From the NCBI GenBank assembly GCA_944389385.1, contig CALXMC010000001.1, positions 189,303-253,302 on the forward strand: a DNA stretch of 64,000 bases, in the 5' to 3' direction. Below are positions 9,973 to 20,760 of this stretch, in pieces (positions within the stretch are counted from its first letter, which is position 1; each line of letters starts with the position of its first letter). Source of the DNA: an uncultured Alphaproteobacteria bacterium. Its GTDB lineage: Bacteria; Pseudomonadota; Alphaproteobacteria; Rs-D84. Below the pieces are notes generated by a model. It saw only the letters and a list, made by a program, of their open reading frames with translations, made no database searches and was not told where the DNA came from. Both the position numbers and the translations under genes were made by a program.

Positions 9973-12900
9973 TTATGCTTTTTCGATATTAACAGACAAA
10001 TCATAACCCTCGATGGATGTATTATACACCCCGTTTTCATTTTGCGACATATTTTTTATCAACGCGTCACGCATAATACGATCACGGTGTTGTTCAATAG
10101 CCGCCGCCAAAGCAGGCGCAGCACTGTATGTCATGTTAATACGGTCAGACACATCCAAACCGATTGCTTTGCGCGTGTCTTGGATAAAACGCAACGCGTC
10201 ATTTGCCAAACCTTCGGCAACCAATTCAGAATTTATTTCTGTATCCAACACAACCACGGCGGTGTTGTCGGGCAACGATGCACCAGTCACACCATCGCGC
10301 ACAGTCAAGCGATTTTCAAATTCGTCCGCGTTCAATGTGTATTCACCGACATCCAGTGTATTGCCCGAAATCGTGTATTCACCGCGTTTTACCGCCGGTA
10401 TAATTTCGCGCAACGCCCCACCCAATCGCGCACCAATTTTTGGCGTAATCAGATATACGAACGCATCCGCGACATCACTGTAACTGTCCGTAAATTCGAC
10501 GGATTTAACATTTAATTCGTCGCGAATAATATCGCTGTACGCGGATAAATCAGTTCCCGCCACAGTCAATTTTGCCAACGGCAAACGATTACGCAATTTA
10601 TATTGTTCGCGCAATTGTTTTCCGACGGATACAATCATTTGTACGCGCCGCATATCATCAACAATTTTTTTGTCGTATTGCGCGGCGGTCGGGAACGATT
10701 GCAAATGTACACTTTCCCCGCCGGTTAAATTGCGATAAATATAATCAGATATAAACGGCGCAAACGGTGCCAACGCGCGGCATAAATTTGTCAAAACATG
10801 ATACAGTGTATCAAACGCATCCTGGTCTTCGTCCCAGAAACGCGCGCGCCCGCGGCGGATATACCAATTGTTTAACACATCCAGAAATCGTACGAATTCT
10901 TTTATCGCCGCGTCTGGTTTGTATTCGTCCAGCGCATTTCCAACAACGGCGACCAATTCGTTTAATTCTGCAATTATGTATTTATCCAGTGCATTATCGG
11001 ACGCGCCCGCATCGTGTGCGGTAATATTGCCCGCGTTCGCATACAGTGTAAAGAAATGGTACGCGTTCCACAATGGGGTCAAAATAGTTTTTGTTGATTC
11101 AGCAAAAACGCGGCCCTCTTTATCAACGGGAACTGGTTCGGCCTTCATAAAATTAGACCCCTGGATAAACAGACGAATTGCGTCCGCACCGAATTGTTCT
11201 ATTTGTTGTTCCGGGTTCACAAAGTTTTGCAATGATTTTGAAAACTTCTTTTTGTTTTCGTCAACAACCATACCGTTTGCGGAAACCGTCTTGAACGCCG
11301 GGCTGTCAAACAAAGCCGTCGCCAAGACCATCAAAGAATAAAACCAACCACGCGTTTGATCTTGGCCTTCGATAATATAATCTGCCGGGAAAGTATCTGC
11401 AAATTTATCGGCATTTTCGAACGGATAATGCAGTGACGCCCACGGCATAGACCCAGATTCCACCCAACAATCCAAAACATCTGGAATGCGTGTCCATCCG
11501 TCTTTGGTTAATTTATCCAACGTCGGCCGATGCAGGTCATCTACCTTTTCGCCAAAGAAATCTTCAATTTCCGCAACCGAACCAAACACTTTATATTCGC
11601 CGTCTTTTTCCCATATCGGCAGTGGCGTTCCCCAAAAACGATTGCGTGACACAGACCATGGGCGTGCGCCTTCTATCCACGTGCGGAAACGCTCGCCGGC
11701 CGAAGTCCAATGCACTTTGTTATTATTTGCAATCAGTTTTTCGCGGATTTTTGGCACATCTATATACCAAGAATCAGTCGCGCGATAAATTAACTTTTCC
11801 TTGCTGCGCGGGCTGTATGGATAACTGTGCTTGTGCTGTTCTTTTTTCACCAGATGTCCATTTTCACGCAGATGCTGGATTATTTTTGGATTGGCAACGA
11901 ATATATTTTCGCCGGCCCAATCACGCACAGTTTCATCAAAGTTTCCATAACTATCAACATTTAACAAAACCGGGAATTTTGGGTCGATATTTTTCGCCGC
12001 CCAAAAATCGTCTTCGCCGTACGCGGGCGCTATATGCACGATTCCGGTACCGTCCGCATCCGATACATAATCAGCGGGTATGATTTTATATAACAAATCA
12101 GACGTGCCCGCATAGTAATCAAACAACGGTGTATAACGCAAACCAACCAATTCAGTCCCCATAACTGTACCGATTTTTTCTGCGTTTTCGAATTGTTTTG
12201 CATACGCGGCCAGTCGCGATTCAGCAATGATATATACCGCGCCATCACTGTCACGCATACGCAGATATTTCATATTTGGATTTACCGCCAGCGCAGAATT
12301 TGCCGGCAATGTCCATGGCGTTGTTGTCCATGCCAACGCGCGATCGCCTGTTTCCAATTCAAACCAGACTGTAATTGCATCATCAACAACATCCATATAT
12401 TCACTGGATGCCTCGGAATTGGATAACACGGTCCCCAATTTCCAATCATATGGATTAACGCGAAAATCTTTGTATAACAGCCCGCGGTTATATAATTCTT
12501 TGACCGCCCATATAACAGATTCCATGTAATTTTTATCCATGGTGCGATAACCATAACCGTCACCCACATCAACCCAGCGACCTATGCGTTCGATAAAGCG
12601 TTCCCATTCATGTGTATAAGTCAAAACATCTTTGCGACACATATCGCAAAAAGCGGCAATTCCATCGGTTGCGACAATATCTTTGGCCTGGCGTCCTTGC
12701 TTTTTTTCAACCGAGATTTCGGCCGGCAAACCATGGCAATCCCACCCCAGTTCGCGCACAACATGGCGACCACGCATAGTTTGATAACGCCCAACCATAT
12801 CTTTGACGGCGGACACACCTAAATGCCCCCAGTGCGGCAAACCATTACCAAACGGTGGCCCGTCATAGAATGAAAACGGATGTCCCAATTTTGTTTTGTT

Positions 12901-12999
12901 CAAAGATTTATGAAAAGTATCGTCATTGCGCCAAAATTCCAACGTTTCACGTTCCAACGCTGGGAAATCTGCCTTGGGTTCTGTTTTTGGGTACGCCAT
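9973..12999 (-). CDS. ileS: Isoleucine--tRNA ligase (type 2, eukaryote-like bacterial form)
   Basis: About 1008 aa; HIGH-like (PHWGH) and KMSKS-like (KFSKS) motifs, editing domain; start at MAYPKTEPK with AAAGGAG SD. Confidence 0.93.
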   Translation of the reverse strand: MAYPKTEPKADFPALERETLEFWRNDDTFHKSLNKTKLGHPFSFYDGPPFGNGLPHWGHLGVSAVKDMVGRYQTMRGRHVVRELGWDCHGLPAEISVEKKQGRQAKDIVATDGIAAFCDMCRKDVLTYTHEWERFIERIGRWVDVGDGYGYRTMDKNYMESVIWAVKELYNRGLLYKDFRVNPYDWKLGTVLSNSEASSEYMDVVDDAITVWFELETGDRALAWTTTPWTLPANSALAVNPNMKYLRMRDSDGAVYIIAESRLAAYAKQFENAEKIGTVMGTELVGLRYTPLFDYYAGTSDLLYKIIPADYVSDADGTGIVHIAPAYGEDDFWAAKNIDPKFPVLLNVDSYGNFDETVRDWAGENIFVANPKIIQHLRENGHLVKKEQHKHSYPYSPRSKEKLIYRATDSWYIDVPKIREKLIANNNKVHWTSAGERFRTWIEGARPWSVSRNRFWGTPLPIWEKDGEYKVFGSVAEIEDFFGEKVDDLHRPTLDKLTKDGWTRIPDVLDCWVESGSMPWASLHYPFENADKFADTFPADYIIEGQDQTRGWFYSLMVLATALFDSPAFKTVSANGMVVDENKKKFSKSLQNFVNPEQQIEQFGADAIRLFIQGSNFMKAEPVPVDKEGRVFAESTKTILTPLWNAYHFFTLYANAGNITAHDAGASDNALDKYIIAELNELVAVVGNALDEYKPDAAIKEFVRFLDVLNNWYIRRGRARFWDEDQDAFDTLYHVLTNLCRALAPFAPFISDYIYRNLTGGESVHLQSFPTAAQYDKKIVDDMRRVQMIVSVGKQLREQYKLRNRLPLAKLTVAGTDLSAYSDIIRDELNVKSVEFTDSYSDVADAFVYLITPKIGARLGGALREIIPAVKRGEYTISGNTLDVGEYTLNADEFENRLTVRDGVTGASLPDNTAVVVLDTEINSELVAEGLANDALRFIQDTRKAIGLDVSDRINMTYSAAPALAAAIEQHRDRIMRDALIKNMSQNENGVYNTSIEGYDLSVNIEKA

Positions 13000-13125
13000 T
13001 TTAATATGCTCCTTTTGCGCGATTATAAAAAACGGGCGCCCATGCGCCCCAGCCACGTGCAGAAGCGCATGTGCCAGTTTATCTTATAATAATTATTGCC
13101 GTGTTATTCATGTTTATTTTATTCC

Positions 13126-13201
13126 TGGTGCCGGTTATAGGACTTGAACCTACGACCCCCTCATTACGAATGAGATGCTCTACCAGCTGAGCTAAACCGG
13201 C
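13126..13201 (-). tRNA. tRNA-Thr (anticodon CGU)
   Basis: Reverse complement folds as GCCGGTT-TA-GCTCAGCTGGTAGAGC-A-TCTCA TTCGTAA TGAGG-GGGTC-GTAGGTTCAAGTCCTAT-AACCGGC-A-CCA. Confidence 0.85.
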
Positions 13202-13408
13202 GCATGCGCATATCTTAGTATATGTTTTTATGGATTTCCAGTACTAAATTTATATAAGATTTCAATCTTGTTGATATATAACTTATGTATGCGTATAGAT
13301 GTAATATATAGATATACAACTACTTGTATTTGTGGATTTTTTCCTGCATAATAAATCCAGAACCCACGTTAATGTGGCGTTCGGACTGTGATAAGTCCAT
13401 ATCTGTTC

Positions 13409-13597
13409 GGTGCGAAAGCATCGTTATCTGGTGTAATGGTGTTTTTGCACCGTTATATCCCCGACATTTGGTCGGGGGGCCGTTGGTATACAACAGGTTT
13501 TACCAAAAACAGCGGAATCATCTAACAGATATGATTTATCAACTCCCCGACCGCCAAAAATATGTGGCGGTTTAACTTTTTTATAAAAGGAAAAAAT
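13409..13597 (+). ncRNA. Conserved multi-hairpin leader element, copy A (candidate cis-regulatory RNA or MITE)
   Basis: Shares an ordered series of hairpins with 41868-42056 (GGTGC-loop-GCAYC-GTTAT x2, CCCGAC-loop-GTCGGG, TGGTA-TACAACAGGTTT-TACCA, ATCAT-loop-ATGAT, CCGCC-loop-GGCGG); ends at the start codon of an OMP gene. Confidence 0.45.
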
Positions 13598-14185
13598 ATG
13601 AAAAAAATAATTCCTGTTGCATTATGTGCTGCATTTTTACCTGTGTATGGCTTTGCTGCGGACGCAACAACCAATACAACAAGTATATTTGATAATACCA
13701 GATTTTTTATTGAATACGGCGCATCGATATTTTCCAGCACTGGAACAAAAGAAAAACTGGATGGTGAAACGTTATCAGATGTTGATACAACATCGGTAAA
13801 TACTGGCACATCACTATCCATTGGTGCTGATTTTGATGGGATTCAATTGGCTTTTACTCCATCGTATTCAGATCAAGAAAGTATGTCGGTTACAGATTTA
13901 AGCTTGCAATTATTCGTTCCATTTATGGACACTAAATTACAACCATTTGTTTCATTATCTGCTGGTATTGGATTTGTCAGCATTGATTCATTAGATGTTG
14001 ATAATGAAATTGGTTTCAGTTATGGCATCGGTGCCGGAGTAAAGTACACATTTAATGACAATATGTATGTCAAGGTTGGTCTGGAATACGCTGGTGCATC
14101 ATTCAGTTTTGATGTATATGGGTATGATGCGGATATTAGTGCATCTGGATTCGGTTTAACGACCGGATTAGGGTACAGATTTTAA
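13598..14185 (+). CDS. Outer-membrane beta-barrel protein (OmpA/OmpW/Opa-like small barrel), signal peptide
   Basis: MKKIIPVALCAAFLPVYGFAADA signal peptide; alternating amphipathic beta strands; C-terminal …GLGYRF with terminal Phe. Confidence 0.7.
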   Translation: MKKIIPVALCAAFLPVYGFAADATTNTTSIFDNTRFFIEYGASIFSSTGTKEKLDGETLSDVDTTSVNTGTSLSIGADFDGIQLAFTPSYSDQESMSVTDLSLQLFVPFMDTKLQPFVSLSAGIGFVSIDSLDVDNEIGFSYGIGAGVKYTFNDNMYVKVGLEYAGASFSFDVYGYDADISASGFGLTTGLGYRF

Positions 14186-14188
14186 TAA

Positions 14189-14222
14189 TAAAAAACACCG
14201 GCATTTGCCGGCAAAAACCGGT
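14189..14222. terminator. Intrinsic terminator hairpin (CACCGGCATTTGCCGG family variant)
   Basis: AAAAAACACCGGCATTTGCCGGCAAAAACCGG after the OMP gene. Confidence 0.55.
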
Positions 14223-14262
14223 AAAAATGACGTATTATGAAAATTACATAAATATTATATGA

Positions 14263-14290
14263 AAAAGCCGGCATTTACCGGCTTTTTTTG
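14263..14290. terminator. Intrinsic terminator hairpin
   Basis: AAAAAGCCGGCATTTACCGGCTTTTTTT between OMP (+) and mnmG (-). Confidence 0.6.
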
Positions 14291-14296
14291 ATGTTT

Positions 14297-15946
14297 TTAA
14301 TTGCCGCATTTTATTTTGCGTAAAACAACCATTATGCCGGCCGGTGTCATACCCGGAATGCGCCCCAGGTCGGCGATATTTTCCGGCCGCGTGGCGGTTA
14401 ATTTTTCCACCAGTTCGTTGGTTAATCCCGGCAAACCCCGGTATTCAAAATTGACTGGTATTTTTAATTCTGCGTCACGCCGGTATGCCGCGATTTCGCG
14501 TTCGTTGCGCTGGATATACCCGGCATAGAATTTATCGTTTTCGCGAATTTTATCGGCGCGATATGCGTATTTTTCATCCCGCGCAGACGCATCCAACATC
14601 CCAAGTTCAACCGCCATATCCCCCAGTCGCGCAATTGCATTATCCGCCCGCAGACGTAACCGATATTCCGCACGTGATGTAAACATCCGATATGGTTCAT
14701 CCACCCCCAGTGTTGTAATATCGTCAATCAACACACCAATCATCGCGTTTGTTCTGTCCAGTTGCATCTGTGCCAACCCCAACGCACGCGCGGCGGCGTT
14801 ACAGCCCGCAACGATGCCTTGGGCGGCGGCCTCTTCATATCCAGATGTGCCGTTAATTTGCCCGGCAAAGAATAATCCCGGAATATCTTTGGATTCCAAT
14901 GTGTCGCGCAGCGCGCGTGCGTCAATTGTGTCATATTCAATCGCGTAACCATACCGCACGACGCGCGCGTTTTCCAATCCTGGAATTGTGCGAATCCACG
15001 CGTCTTGGACATCTGCGCCAAAACTTGTGGAAATACCGTTGGGGTAAATTAAATCACTGCGTATTCCCTCGGGTTCCAGAAAAACATGGTGCGATGTGTG
15101 TTCGGGAAAACGCATAACCTTGTCTTCTATACTGGGGCAATACCGCGGGCCAGTGCCACGAATGTCGCCGTTATACATCGGCGCATTAAGGATATTTTCA
15201 CGAATTAAATCATGCGTTTTTTGTGTCGTGTGCGTTATATAGCAAACGGCATCATAATTATTTGTCGGATTTGGTGCGCTGAACCAATCGTGTGGCGCGT
15301 CGCCCGGTTGCACTTCGCACACAGAATAATCTATGGACGATTTGTCGATACGCGCGGGTGTGCCTGTTTTCAGGCGCATAATTTTGAACCCGGCCGCCAC
15401 CAAAGCCCCCGATATATTTTCATCCGCCGCCTGGTATTCACCATCGTCCATGATGCGACCAGATGAAATTTTTTCGACCCCGCGTGTTACCAAGCCATTC
15501 AAAAAAGTCCCCGTGGTCAATACTATTGCGCGCGCGGCATATTCGCTGTTGATGCACATTTTCGCGACGTCCAGCGATTTAACTATTTCAAATTGCACGG
15601 TTAAATTCGGATAATCACGCAATATTTTAACGATTTCATTATGATATAATTCGCGATCGATTTGTGCGCGCAGTGCCTGGGTTGCCGCGCCATGTGATGC
15701 GTTTAACGTACGAAAATGAATTCCGGCCGCGTCCGCCGCGCGCCCCATAATTCCGCCCAGTGCGTCAATCTCAGCCACCATTTGTGATTTGCCCGGACCC
15801 CCGATAGACGGGTTGCACGACATAGCCCCCAAATCAGATTCGCGTTGGGTTATCAACAATGTACGCGCACCGCGCCGCGCAGATGCACATGCGGCCTCGA
15901 CCCCGGCATGTCCGCCACCAATAACGATTACATCAAATGATTTCAT
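14297..15946 (-). CDS. mnmG: tRNA uridine 5-carboxymethylaminomethyl modification enzyme MnmG (GidA)
   Basis: [24 protein letters not shown]… FAD-binding N-terminus, …[18 protein letters not shown]…, C-terminal [11 protein letters not shown]; 549 aa is shorter than typical. Confidence 0.88.
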   Translation of the reverse strand: MKSFDVIVIGGGHAGVEAACASARRGARTLLITQRESDLGAMSCNPSIGGPGKSQMVAEIDALGGIMGRAADAAGIHFRTLNASHGAATQALRAQIDRELYHNEIVKILRDYPNLTVQFEIVKSLDVAKMCINSEYAARAIVLTTGTFLNGLVTRGVEKISSGRIMDDGEYQAADENISGALVAAGFKIMRLKTGTPARIDKSSIDYSVCEVQPGDAPHDWFSAPNPTNNYDAVCYITHTTQKTHDLIRENILNAPMYNGDIRGTGPRYCPSIEDKVMRFPEHTSHHVFLEPEGIRSDLIYPNGISTSFGADVQDAWIRTIPGLENARVVRYGYAIEYDTIDARALRDTLESKDIPGLFFAGQINGTSGYEEAAAQGIVAGCNAAARALGLAQMQLDRTNAMIGVLIDDITTLGVDEPYRMFTSRAEYRLRLRADNAIARLGDMAVELGMLDASARDEKYAYRADKIRENDKFYAGYIQRNEREIAAYRRDAELKIPVNFEYRGLPGLTNELVEKLTATRPENIADLGRIPGMTPAGIMVVLRKIKCGN

Positions 15947-15949
15947 TTA

Positions 15950-16678
15950 TTAAAAACGTCCCATACCGCCGTTAATATGTAATACCTGGCCATTTATGTA
16001 CGATGCATCGTCTGACGCCAAAAACACGCAAGCGGCCGCAATATCATCTGGTTCGCCAAAACGGCCGGCGGGTATTTGTGCCAAATAAGTCTTTTTCAAA
16101 TCATCGGACAAAACATCGGTCATAGGTGTTTTGATAAATCCCGGTGCGATACAGTTTGCTGTTATGCCACGGGATGCAACCTCGGCCGCGATGGATTTAG
16201 TCATCGCAATCATTCCGCCCTTGGACGCGGCATAATTCGCCTGACCTGGGCCGCCGATTGCACCGATAATGGACGCCATGTTGATAATACGCCCGTTGCG
16301 TTGTTTCATCATGGGCATAATAACCGCGCGACACATCTTGAAACAAGACCGCAGATTTGTGTTAATAACATCATCAAATTGCTCGTCCGTCATACGCATC
16401 AGTAATGTATCTTTGGTAATGCCGGCATTATTTACAACAATATCGATTTTTCCGGCCGCCTCTATTGCGGCATTAACCAAATCAACCGCGCCGTTATCAG
16501 CCGCCAAATCGATTGGAATTTTGACATAAGAATCATCGAATTGCGCATTTAATTTATCCATGCTGCGCCCAGACACAACGACCGTCGCGCCTGCATCTTT
16601 CATACGTTTTGCAATTGCGCCACCAATACCACCGGTTGCGCCAGTAATCAAAGCAACTTTGCCATTTAATTCAAACAT
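15950..16678 (-). CDS. fabG: 3-oxoacyl-[ACP] reductase
   Basis: SDR family: TGATGGIGGAIA…NNAG…YAASKGG…; adjacent to fabD. Confidence 0.88.
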   Translation of the reverse strand: MFELNGKVALITGATGGIGGAIAKRMKDAGATVVVSGRSMDKLNAQFDDSYVKIPIDLAADNGAVDLVNAAIEAAGKIDIVVNNAGITKDTLLMRMTDEQFDDVINTNLRSCFKMCRAVIMPMMKQRNGRIINMASIIGAIGGPGQANYAASKGGMIAMTKSIAAEVASRGITANCIAPGFIKTPMTDVLSDDLKKTYLAQIPAGRFGEPDDIAAACVFLASDDASYINGQVLHINGGMGRF

Positions 16679-16679
16679 T

Positions 16680-17555
16680 TTATATCTCCAATTTTCTTGA
16701 TGTCATATCGGGACAAATACGCGGTGTTAATCCAGTTAAGACGGAACCAGGTCCAACCTCGACGGTTTCGGTTATACCTAACTCGTGCATTTTTAACACA
16801 GATTCGCGCCAACGCACGCCATGTGTAATCTGATATACCAACACTTCTTTTATCTCAGCCGGGTCAGACATCGGCGCAGCGGTTTTATTCGAAATCAAAA
16901 TTGCGTTTGGTGTTTTGATTTCTATTTTTTCCAATGCTGCACGCATTTCATCCGCGGCAGGTGCCTGGATACGACAATGAACGGGTACAGACAAAGCCAA
17001 CGGCATTGCGCGTTTTGCGCCCGCCCCTTTGGCCAATTCCAGTGTTTTTTCAACAATATCTTTTGCGCCTGAAACAACAACCTGGCCGGGGGAATTATCA
17101 TTTGCAACATCGCAATCTGTTTGTGCGCAAATTTCGCGGACTTTTTCAATACCCAATCCCAATATAACTGCGGTCAGACCCGCGCCAACCGGCACTGCGC
17201 GCTGCATAGCATCACCACGCAGACGCAACAATCGCGCCGCATCGCCAACCGATAAAGCCCCCGCCGCACACAGCGCGGTATATTCACCCAACGAATGCCC
17301 CGCAACATATTGTGTTAATTCAACGTTTGATGCACGTAACATCGCAATGGATACGGCCATAATTGCAGGCTGGACATTGGTAGTTAATGTTAATTCATCC
17401 ATTGGCCCGTTAAAAATAATATCAGATAATTTTTGATTTAACGCGTCATCAACCTCGTCAAATACGGCGCGCGCGACTGGATTATTGTCGTATAAATCTT
17501 TGCCCATACCAACGGATTGAGAACCCTGGCCTGGGAAAACCAGCACAGAAGACAT
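16680..17555 (-). CDS. fabD: Malonyl CoA-ACP transacylase
   Basis: FPGQGSQSVGMGKDLY…GHSLGEYTAL active-site motifs. Confidence 0.9.
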   Translation of the reverse strand: MSSVLVFPGQGSQSVGMGKDLYDNNPVARAVFDEVDDALNQKLSDIIFNGPMDELTLTTNVQPAIMAVSIAMLRASNVELTQYVAGHSLGEYTALCAAGALSVGDAARLLRLRGDAMQRAVPVGAGLTAVILGLGIEKVREICAQTDCDVANDNSPGQVVVSGAKDIVEKTLELAKGAGAKRAMPLALSVPVHCRIQAPAADEMRAALEKIEIKTPNAILISNKTAAPMSDPAEIKEVLVYQITHGVRWRESVLKMHELGITETVEVGPGSVLTGLTPRICPDMTSRKLEI

Positions 17556-17616
17556 TTGTACTCCTTTTATTAAACGTCTGGGGTATTATAGAATTGAAAT
17601 GCGCCGTGCGCAAATA

Positions 17617-18186
17617 TTATCTGACGGGCACGATTTTGTCGATGTTTTTTACTTTGTCTGTATCGCGCCGCATTGAAAACTCGCACCCACAGTATTTTTG
17701 CCGATAAAAATCAGACGCACGATTTATCTCGCACCGCAACCCCTCGTCCCATTTAATGGGAATGTATTGGTCAGACAAAGCGGAATACCCTGCTCTATCT
17801 ACTTGGGATTGGTCTTTGTGGCGTGATACCCCGAATACAGACGTAACCGCATCATAACCATGCTCGGCCGCCCACCGGCGCGCGTATTCAAATCTGAATT
17901 TGAAACACGCGCTGCACCGCACACCGCGTTCGGGGGCATCTTCCATCCCGCGTACTGCGTCGCGCCATGCCGCGTGGTCATATTCGCCGATGGCATATTT
18001 TACCCCCATTTTTTCACAGTACCGTATTTGTTCTGCCAATCGTTTATCATATTCGGCGGCCGGGAAAATATTTGGGTTAAAAAACAACACAATAAAATCA
18101 TCCACCCCAGGGATTTGCCCGTCGGCCAGTTGTTTTATCGCGCCCGCGCTGCACGGCGCACAGCAAGACATTAAAACCAGTTTCAT
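17617..18186 (-). CDS. queH: Epoxyqueuosine reductase QueH (DUF208)
   Basis: MKLVLMSCCAPCS…FFNPNI…C..C…GCEFS Cys motifs typical of QueH; overlaps metG stop by 4 nt. Confidence 0.75.
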   Translation of the reverse strand: MKLVLMSCCAPCSAGAIKQLADGQIPGVDDFIVLFFNPNIFPAAEYDKRLAEQIRYCEKMGVKYAIGEYDHAAWRDAVRGMEDAPERGVRCSACFKFRFEYARRWAAEHGYDAVTSVFGVSRHKDQSQVDRAGYSALSDQYIPIKWDEGLRCEINRASDFYRQKYCGCEFSMRRDTDKVKNIDKIVPVR

Positions 18187-20192
18187 TTGTTGTTGTACAC
18201 CACGCCAATTTTTGTGTCTGTCGGCAATTCGATGATATTTTTATCATCGTCGCCCACGCCAACCTCGGCCGCACTGCATAACATGCCGAATGATTCAACA
18301 CCCGCAACCGTGCGTTGAACAATGGGCTTTTTTGCACCGGGTAATTTTGCACCAATTGGCGCCAAAACACCAACCAAGCCAACACGTACATTCGGCGCAC
18401 CACACACAATTTGCAAATCATGATGTTCGCCATCATCAACAGTCAGTATATGCAAATCATCGCGTGTCGGATGCGTTTTGACATCCACAATTTTTGCCAC
18501 GATTGGTTTTGGCGTGTCATTGGTTTTCGGTACGTATTTTTGTATTAAGTCCGCAACCGTTTCATCATCTATGCGTGAAAACAGGTTTTCAGGCACGACA
18601 AATCGCGTGCCATCGGCCACACGCGGCGCATATTCGTCCGGCCAAGATAAATCCAAATCCGAATCTGTGAATACGGCGCGGATTTTTTTCGCAGCGTTTG
18701 GTATAAACGGCACAGACACACGCGCATACAAATCAATCAGTTGGAAACACTGATTCAACACCGCGCCCGCCGCATCCATATCACCGCCTTTAACCAGCGC
18801 CCACGGTTCGCGCACGGTCATATATTCGTTGCCAATCGCATACAGCCCGCGCAGCGCAACAATTGCATTGCGGAATTCGCACTCATCCAGCGCATCGGTC
18901 AATTCGCGCAATTTTTCGTTTATTTGTTTTTCCAACGCCGCATCACGCGCACCGGCGTTTGGCACAGTATCGCCAAAGTTTTTATTTGTTAATTTGCAAA
19001 CGCGCGATACAAAATTGCCCAACATACCGTTCAAATCTTTATTCACAATATCTGCGAAACGTTCGAAAGTGAAATTAGTATCATCCGTTTCCGGTGCCGA
19101 TGCCATCAGCGCATATCGCCACGCGTCCGCCGGCGCGATTGAAATCGCATCATCCAAAAACACGCCGCGATTTTGTGATTTGGAAAACTTGCCGCCTTCA
19201 AAATTCAAGAAATTCATAGCCTTTAACTGATCGACAGTTTTCCAATTATCCGCCAAAGCCAATTGTTGTTCTGGGAATAAAACGGCGTGGAATTTCACGT
19301 TGTCTTTGCCCATAAATTGCGCATAATGACAATCTGGATTTTTCCACCAAGACGCCCAGTCATCGGTTGCGGCCTGGGATATAGAAACATAGCCCCACGG
19401 CGCATCAAACCATACATAGAATACTTTATTTTCATACCCCGGCTTATTTACCGGCACGCCCCACGATAAATCACGTGTAATGGAATAATCCAACAACCCT
19501 GTTTTTTGCCATCCGTACGCGATGCTTTTCGCAGTTTTTGACCATCCATCCGAATGAGTTTTTAACCAATCATCCCACAGTTTTTGTGCCTTGGCCGCCA
19601 AAAAGAATAAATTTTTTGTCGGGCGCAGTTCTATATTCGTGCTGCCTGATATAGTACTGCGTGGGTTTAATAATTCTTCGGCCTCGTACGTTGCGCCACA
19701 TTTATCGCATTGGTCACCACGCGCGTTTTCATAACCGCATTTCGGGCAAGTCCCCTCGATTTGTCGGTCGGCCAAAAACATATTGTCATCGACCGAGAAA
19801 GGCTGTAACGTTTCGCGTTCGTCGATCAAGCCCAATGTGTCCAGACGTGTAAATAAATCCTGGACCAATTTTTCTTGTAATTGGGTATGTGTGCGGCCGT
19901 ACAGGTCAAATGATAATTCAAAATCACGTACCGCGCGCAGATGCTTTTCGTAATATTTATCGGTGTATTCCAAAATGGGCATATTTTCTTTTATCGCGCC
20001 GACCGCGGCGGGGGTACCATGTTCGTCTGCGCCACAGACATATAATACATCGCGTCCGCGCGCACGGCAGAAACGTGCATATACATCGGACGGCAACCAA
20101 CATCCCACCAAATGCCCCAGGTGTAATTCACCATTCACATATGGTAATGCGGATGTAATTAAATATTTTTGTTTTTTGTTATTCGTTGTCAT
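18183..20192 (-). CDS. metG: Methionine--tRNA ligase with C-terminal tRNA-binding (EMAP/Trbp111-like) domain
   Basis: PYVNGELHLGHLVG (HIGH), KFSKSQNRG (KMSKS), C-terminal …VCGAPNVRVGLVGVLAPIGAKLPG…. Confidence 0.93.
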   Translation of the reverse strand: MTTNNKKQKYLITSALPYVNGELHLGHLVGCWLPSDVYARFCRARGRDVLYVCGADEHGTPAAVGAIKENMPILEYTDKYYEKHLRAVRDFELSFDLYGRTHTQLQEKLVQDLFTRLDTLGLIDERETLQPFSVDDNMFLADRQIEGTCPKCGYENARGDQCDKCGATYEAEELLNPRSTISGSTNIELRPTKNLFFLAAKAQKLWDDWLKTHSDGWSKTAKSIAYGWQKTGLLDYSITRDLSWGVPVNKPGYENKVFYVWFDAPWGYVSISQAATDDWASWWKNPDCHYAQFMGKDNVKFHAVLFPEQQLALADNWKTVDQLKAMNFLNFEGGKFSKSQNRGVFLDDAISIAPADAWRYALMASAPETDDTNFTFERFADIVNKDLNGMLGNFVSRVCKLTNKNFGDTVPNAGARDAALEKQINEKLRELTDALDECEFRNAIVALRGLYAIGNEYMTVREPWALVKGGDMDAAGAVLNQCFQLIDLYARVSVPFIPNAAKKIRAVFTDSDLDLSWPDEYAPRVADGTRFVVPENLFSRIDDETVADLIQKYVPKTNDTPKPIVAKIVDVKTHPTRDDLHILTVDDGEHHDLQIVCGAPNVRVGLVGVLAPIGAKLPGAKKPIVQRTVAGVESFGMLCSAAEVGVGDDDKNIIELPTDTKIGVVYNNK

Positions 20193-20218
20193 GTGTTTAT
20201 ACCTTTTATTAAAACAAT

Positions 20219-20242
20219 ATGGGCGCCCAACGGGGCGCCCAG
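20219..20242 (-). promoter_or_regulatory. GC-rich perfect hairpin in metG 5' leader
   Basis: TGGGCGCCC-AACG-GGGCGCCCA about 28 nt upstream of the metG ATG. Confidence 0.3.
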
Positions 20243-20320
20243 GAATCCCGTCAGAAATTTTGATTAAGATTATTTATACATTCGCATCATTTTTTATAAC
20301 TTTATTTTTTATTATACCTT

Positions 20321-20418
20321 GTGGCTTGCCACCCGAAGCATTCCGTGAATGGGCAACTTACAACCAAATAGCCCTGCGAATAGGTGGCTTGCCACCCGAA
20401 GCGTTTCGCGAAGGGTGG
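20321..20418. repeat. Two direct repeats of about 33 bp flanking or overlapping the 3' end of tRNA-Val(GAC)
   Basis: GTGGCTTGCCACCCGAAGCATTCCGTGAATGGG (20321-20353) and GTGGCTTGCCACCCGAAGCGTTTCGCGAAGGGTGG (20384-20418). Confidence 0.6.
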
Positions 20419-20492
20419 TGGGTGGTATTGGACTCGAACCAACGACCTTTACGATGTCAACGTAACGCTCTAACCAACTGAGCTAACCACCC
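20416..20492 (-). tRNA. tRNA-Val (anticodon GAC)
   Basis: Reverse complement GGGTGGT-TA-GCTCAGTTGGTTAGAGC-G-TTACG TTGACAT CGTAA-AGGTC-GTTGGTTCGAGTCCAAT-ACCACCC-A-CCA. Confidence 0.85.
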
Positions 20493-20526
20493 AAAACCGT
20501 TTCCTGGTGATTTGTCCATGAAACCA

Positions 20527-20577
20527 GCGACCTTTACGATGTCAACGTACGCGGCTTACCAACTGAGCTAACCACCC
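20527..20577 (-). pseudogene. Partial duplicate (5' about 50 nt plus upstream flank) of tRNA-Val(GAC)
   Basis: GGGTGGTTAGCTCAGTTGGTAAGCCGCGTACGTTGACATCGTAAAGGTCGC matches the intact tRNA through the anticodon arm and then diverges (no T-arm or acceptor 3' half). Confidence 0.6.
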
Positions 20578-20760
20578 AAAACTATTACAAAGCGCACAAA
20601 TTATACCAAACAAATTTCAGATTGCAATATTAAATTGTTTTTATTCGGCTTTATTCGATTAAAACACACATTTGACTTTGTCATTCCCAGGCGACGTGTC
20701 GCGTGGGTGATTGGGGCGTGTGTGTGGGGAAATACGTGACTAGTCACTTAGTCCCTTAAC

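Noticed and set aside
10013-12572. Many 60-200-aa ORFs on the plus strand inside ileS
   Set aside because: They are antisense to a highly conserved aaRS gene and have low-complexity translations; these are shadow ORFs.
13202-13400. AT-rich segment next to tRNA-Thr as a possible replication origin
   Set aside because: No cluster of DnaA-box-like 9-mers (TTATNCACA) could be identified by eye, and mnmG/rsmG/parAB are not adjacent to it.
13324-13575. 83-aa ORF in the tRNA-Thr/OMP intergenic region
   Set aside because: It overlaps the conserved hairpin element, and its counterpart in copy B has no matching ORF.
19963-20481. 172-aa ORF spanning the direct repeats and tRNA-Val(GAC)
   Set aside because: It reads through a tRNA gene and the 33-bp repeats (GLPPEAFRE duplicated in translation); this is an artefact.
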